Source: a virus (lineage: Duplodnaviria > Heunggongvirae > Uroviricota > Caudoviricetes). From it: a stretch of 8,853 nt of DNA. The notes under the pieces are model-generated. The model saw nothing but the letters and a program-made list of their open reading frames with translations, was not told the origin of the DNA and did not search any database. The position numbers were made by a program, and so were the translations under genes. The stretch lies in the IMG/VR virus record IMGVR_UViG_2778261463_000008, positions 1-8,853 of that record, one strand, 5' to 3'. Below, one piece after another: positions 7,225-8,853 of this stretch; position 1 is the first letter of the stretch; every line of letters begins with the position of its first letter.

Positions 7225-8790
7225 TTACGCCGTACATTTCACCAGACCGCGGTGATCAACTGGCGCGACACCGGCGTCAATACGCACTTTCGTTGTCACG
7301 CCATCCACACTGAACCCCTCCATCTGATCAATATATGGCGTATCCACACCGTTGAGATAAGCCACTTCAATCGTATCGGAGCCTTTTGACGCAGCCAGGT
7401 AGAAGGTGGTCTGGCTGTTATCATCAAGACGAGGCTCTGCAATAACGGTCGCAAAATCTTTCACCGGGTTAATAATACCGGCGTTAATGTCAGCCCCCTT
7501 GACACTTGAGGAGCGAATGACCTGGTTAGCAACAGACTCCATCGCCGTCGGTACCAGTACGAACGCAGGACGAATATTCAGATGACGCTCCCCCTCTTTC
7601 TGAACGCGCATCAACTGGCGGGCTTTATCCAGCGATGCCACGTCCATTGCAGCGCTCTCCAGTACGTTTGCATGTTTCGCTTTATCGAACAGACTTACAT
7701 TATCTGTGGAGATTTTCGGGTTAGACGTCAGAATGGCATAAACCAGATCGGCAATAGTGGATTTCGCCGCACGGCCCAGTTTCATCGGGACATCGGTCAG
7801 CATATTCAGATCATCATTGATAATGGCCTGACGGGTGATACTGAACAGCTCGCCATAGGTCGCCAGTGCAATAGTGGCCTGTTTATCTCCGGTGGTGATG
7901 TATTTATATTCCGCCCCTTCACGCACCTGACGCAGAGCACTGAAGCCCCCCATACCCACACGATGAGCAATTTTAAAATCAGACAACTGACCTTTCCGCG
8001 TCCACTGTTCATAGGTTTCAGGGGCATCTTCCCAGCCCTGCAGAATGGCTTTGTTCGCAACATCCAGCAGAATATTACCGAAGTCAGACGTACTGTGTGT
8101 GAACGCCGCACCGACCATCTGCATCGGGTTATAACCGGAAACCCCAATACCCCGTTCAGTCAGTGACATACGGGCATATTCACGCAGGGTCATCCCGTTG
8201 TAGACATTATCACGTTCGGTTTTTTCAAATCCGGCACGCGCCATCAGCGCCTGGCGGATCCCGTCCCCCACAAAATTACCGTTACGACCACCTGCACGTA
8301 CCCAGTCTGATTCTGTCGCCGCTCCACCACGAATCTGAATTTTCCAGGCTTCAGCTTCCTTGACAGGATCAATCCACGGCATGACCGGACCAGAATAGGT
8401 TGCGTTATATAGTGTTTTCATATCCACATCCGACGTAATTTTCAGCAATCCCGCGGCCACAACCATATTCAGCCATGCCCGGTACACCGGACGGGTTACA
8501 GCACCAATAAAACAGTCCTGCAGGATCAGATAACCATCTGTGGACTCAACCAGCTCCTGTCGCTGGGCACTGTAGGTACCGTTATAATTACGTGCTGCAC
8601 TGGAAAAACTCAGACGTGTGCCCGCCGCCACGGCCCGCAACTGACCATTACGAAAAGTTTCCAGGTTAGTGTTAGGCCGATCAGATTTGACCATGCCGAT
8701 ATCTTCCCCCTTACGCAGATCGTCATAAATAATTCCGGGTGTGATATGCAGTTCCCGATCATTATCTTTATTCGTCACGGCAAGGTGCAC
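7225..8790 (-). CDS. Portal protein C-terminal half fused in frame to a ~320-aa head-morphogenesis domain (protease/scaffold or capsid-like); 521 aa
   Basis: Residues ~1-190 align with the recalled C-terminal region of lambda gpB, with consistent spacing across several blocks (FRNGQLRAVAAGTRLSFSSAARNY, WIDPVKEAEAWKIQIRGGAATE, IRQALMARAG). No stop codon and no internal ribosome-binding site before the downstream ~320 aa. The annotated start is a GTG directly after an in-frame TAA at 8806-8808; there is no ATG until codon 33, so this is an internal gene fragment, not a native start. Confidence 0.75.
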   Translation of the reverse strand: MHLAVTNKDNDRELHITPGIIYDDLRKGEDIGMVKSDRPNTNLETFRNGQLRAVAAGTRLSFSSAARNYNGTYSAQRQELVESTDGYLILQDCFIGAVTRPVYRAWLNMVVAAGLLKITSDVDMKTLYNATYSGPVMPWIDPVKEAEAWKIQIRGGAATESDWVRAGGRNGNFVGDGIRQALMARAGFEKTERDNVYNGMTLREYARMSLTERGIGVSGYNPMQMVGAAFTHSTSDFGNILLDVANKAILQGWEDAPETYEQWTRKGQLSDFKIAHRVGMGGFSALRQVREGAEYKYITTGDKQATIALATYGELFSITRQAIINDDLNMLTDVPMKLGRAAKSTIADLVYAILTSNPKISTDNVSLFDKAKHANVLESAAMDVASLDKARQLMRVQKEGERHLNIRPAFVLVPTAMESVANQVIRSSSVKGADINAGIINPVKDFATVIAEPRLDDNSQTTFYLAASKGSDTIEVAYLNGVDTPYIDQMEGFSVDGVTTKVRIDAGVAPVDHRGLVKCTA

Positions 8791-8853
8791 CTTACTCCGG
8801 CTCAGTTATCCATGCTTCTTGAAGGTATCAACTGGAAGCACCCGAAACGAACG

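Noticed and set aside
6996-8363. + strand ORFs 6996..7313, 7582..8166 and 8163..8363, and minus-strand 7806..8147
   Set aside because: Antisense or alternative frames within the minus-strand head genes, which have clear homology-like features.
1-8853. tRNA genes, CRISPR arrays and IS elements
   Set aside because: No T-loop/acceptor-stem pattern, no regularly spaced direct repeats, and no transposase-like ORF or terminal inverted repeats seen by eye.

Overview
This window reads as the late region (lysis, cos, packaging, head) of a lambdoid enterobacterial prophage. Left to right on the + strand: a phage-21-type pinholin, an ~0.8 kb insertion carrying two convergent small ORFs of unknown function, a SAR endolysin, Rz with embedded Rz1, two small convergent ORFs with back-to-back terminator hairpins, a lambda-like cos site, small and large terminase subunits, a gpW-like head-tail joining protein, and the N-terminal ~287 residues of a lambda-gpB-type portal. 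At ~6613 the portal reading frame breaks. The next ~2.2 kb (about 6614-8807) carries head genes on the minus strand: a DUF2190-type decoration protein with a collagen-like tail, and a 521-aa ORF whose N-terminus is the missing portal C-terminal half. Reverse-complementing 6614-8807 restores a continuous portal ORF and places an AGGAG ribosome-binding site in front of an ATG at 8812, so I interpret this as a precise inversion inside the head operon. All calls rest on reading the sequence and recalled family motifs; no database search was run, and homologies to lambda and phage 21 proteins are from memory.
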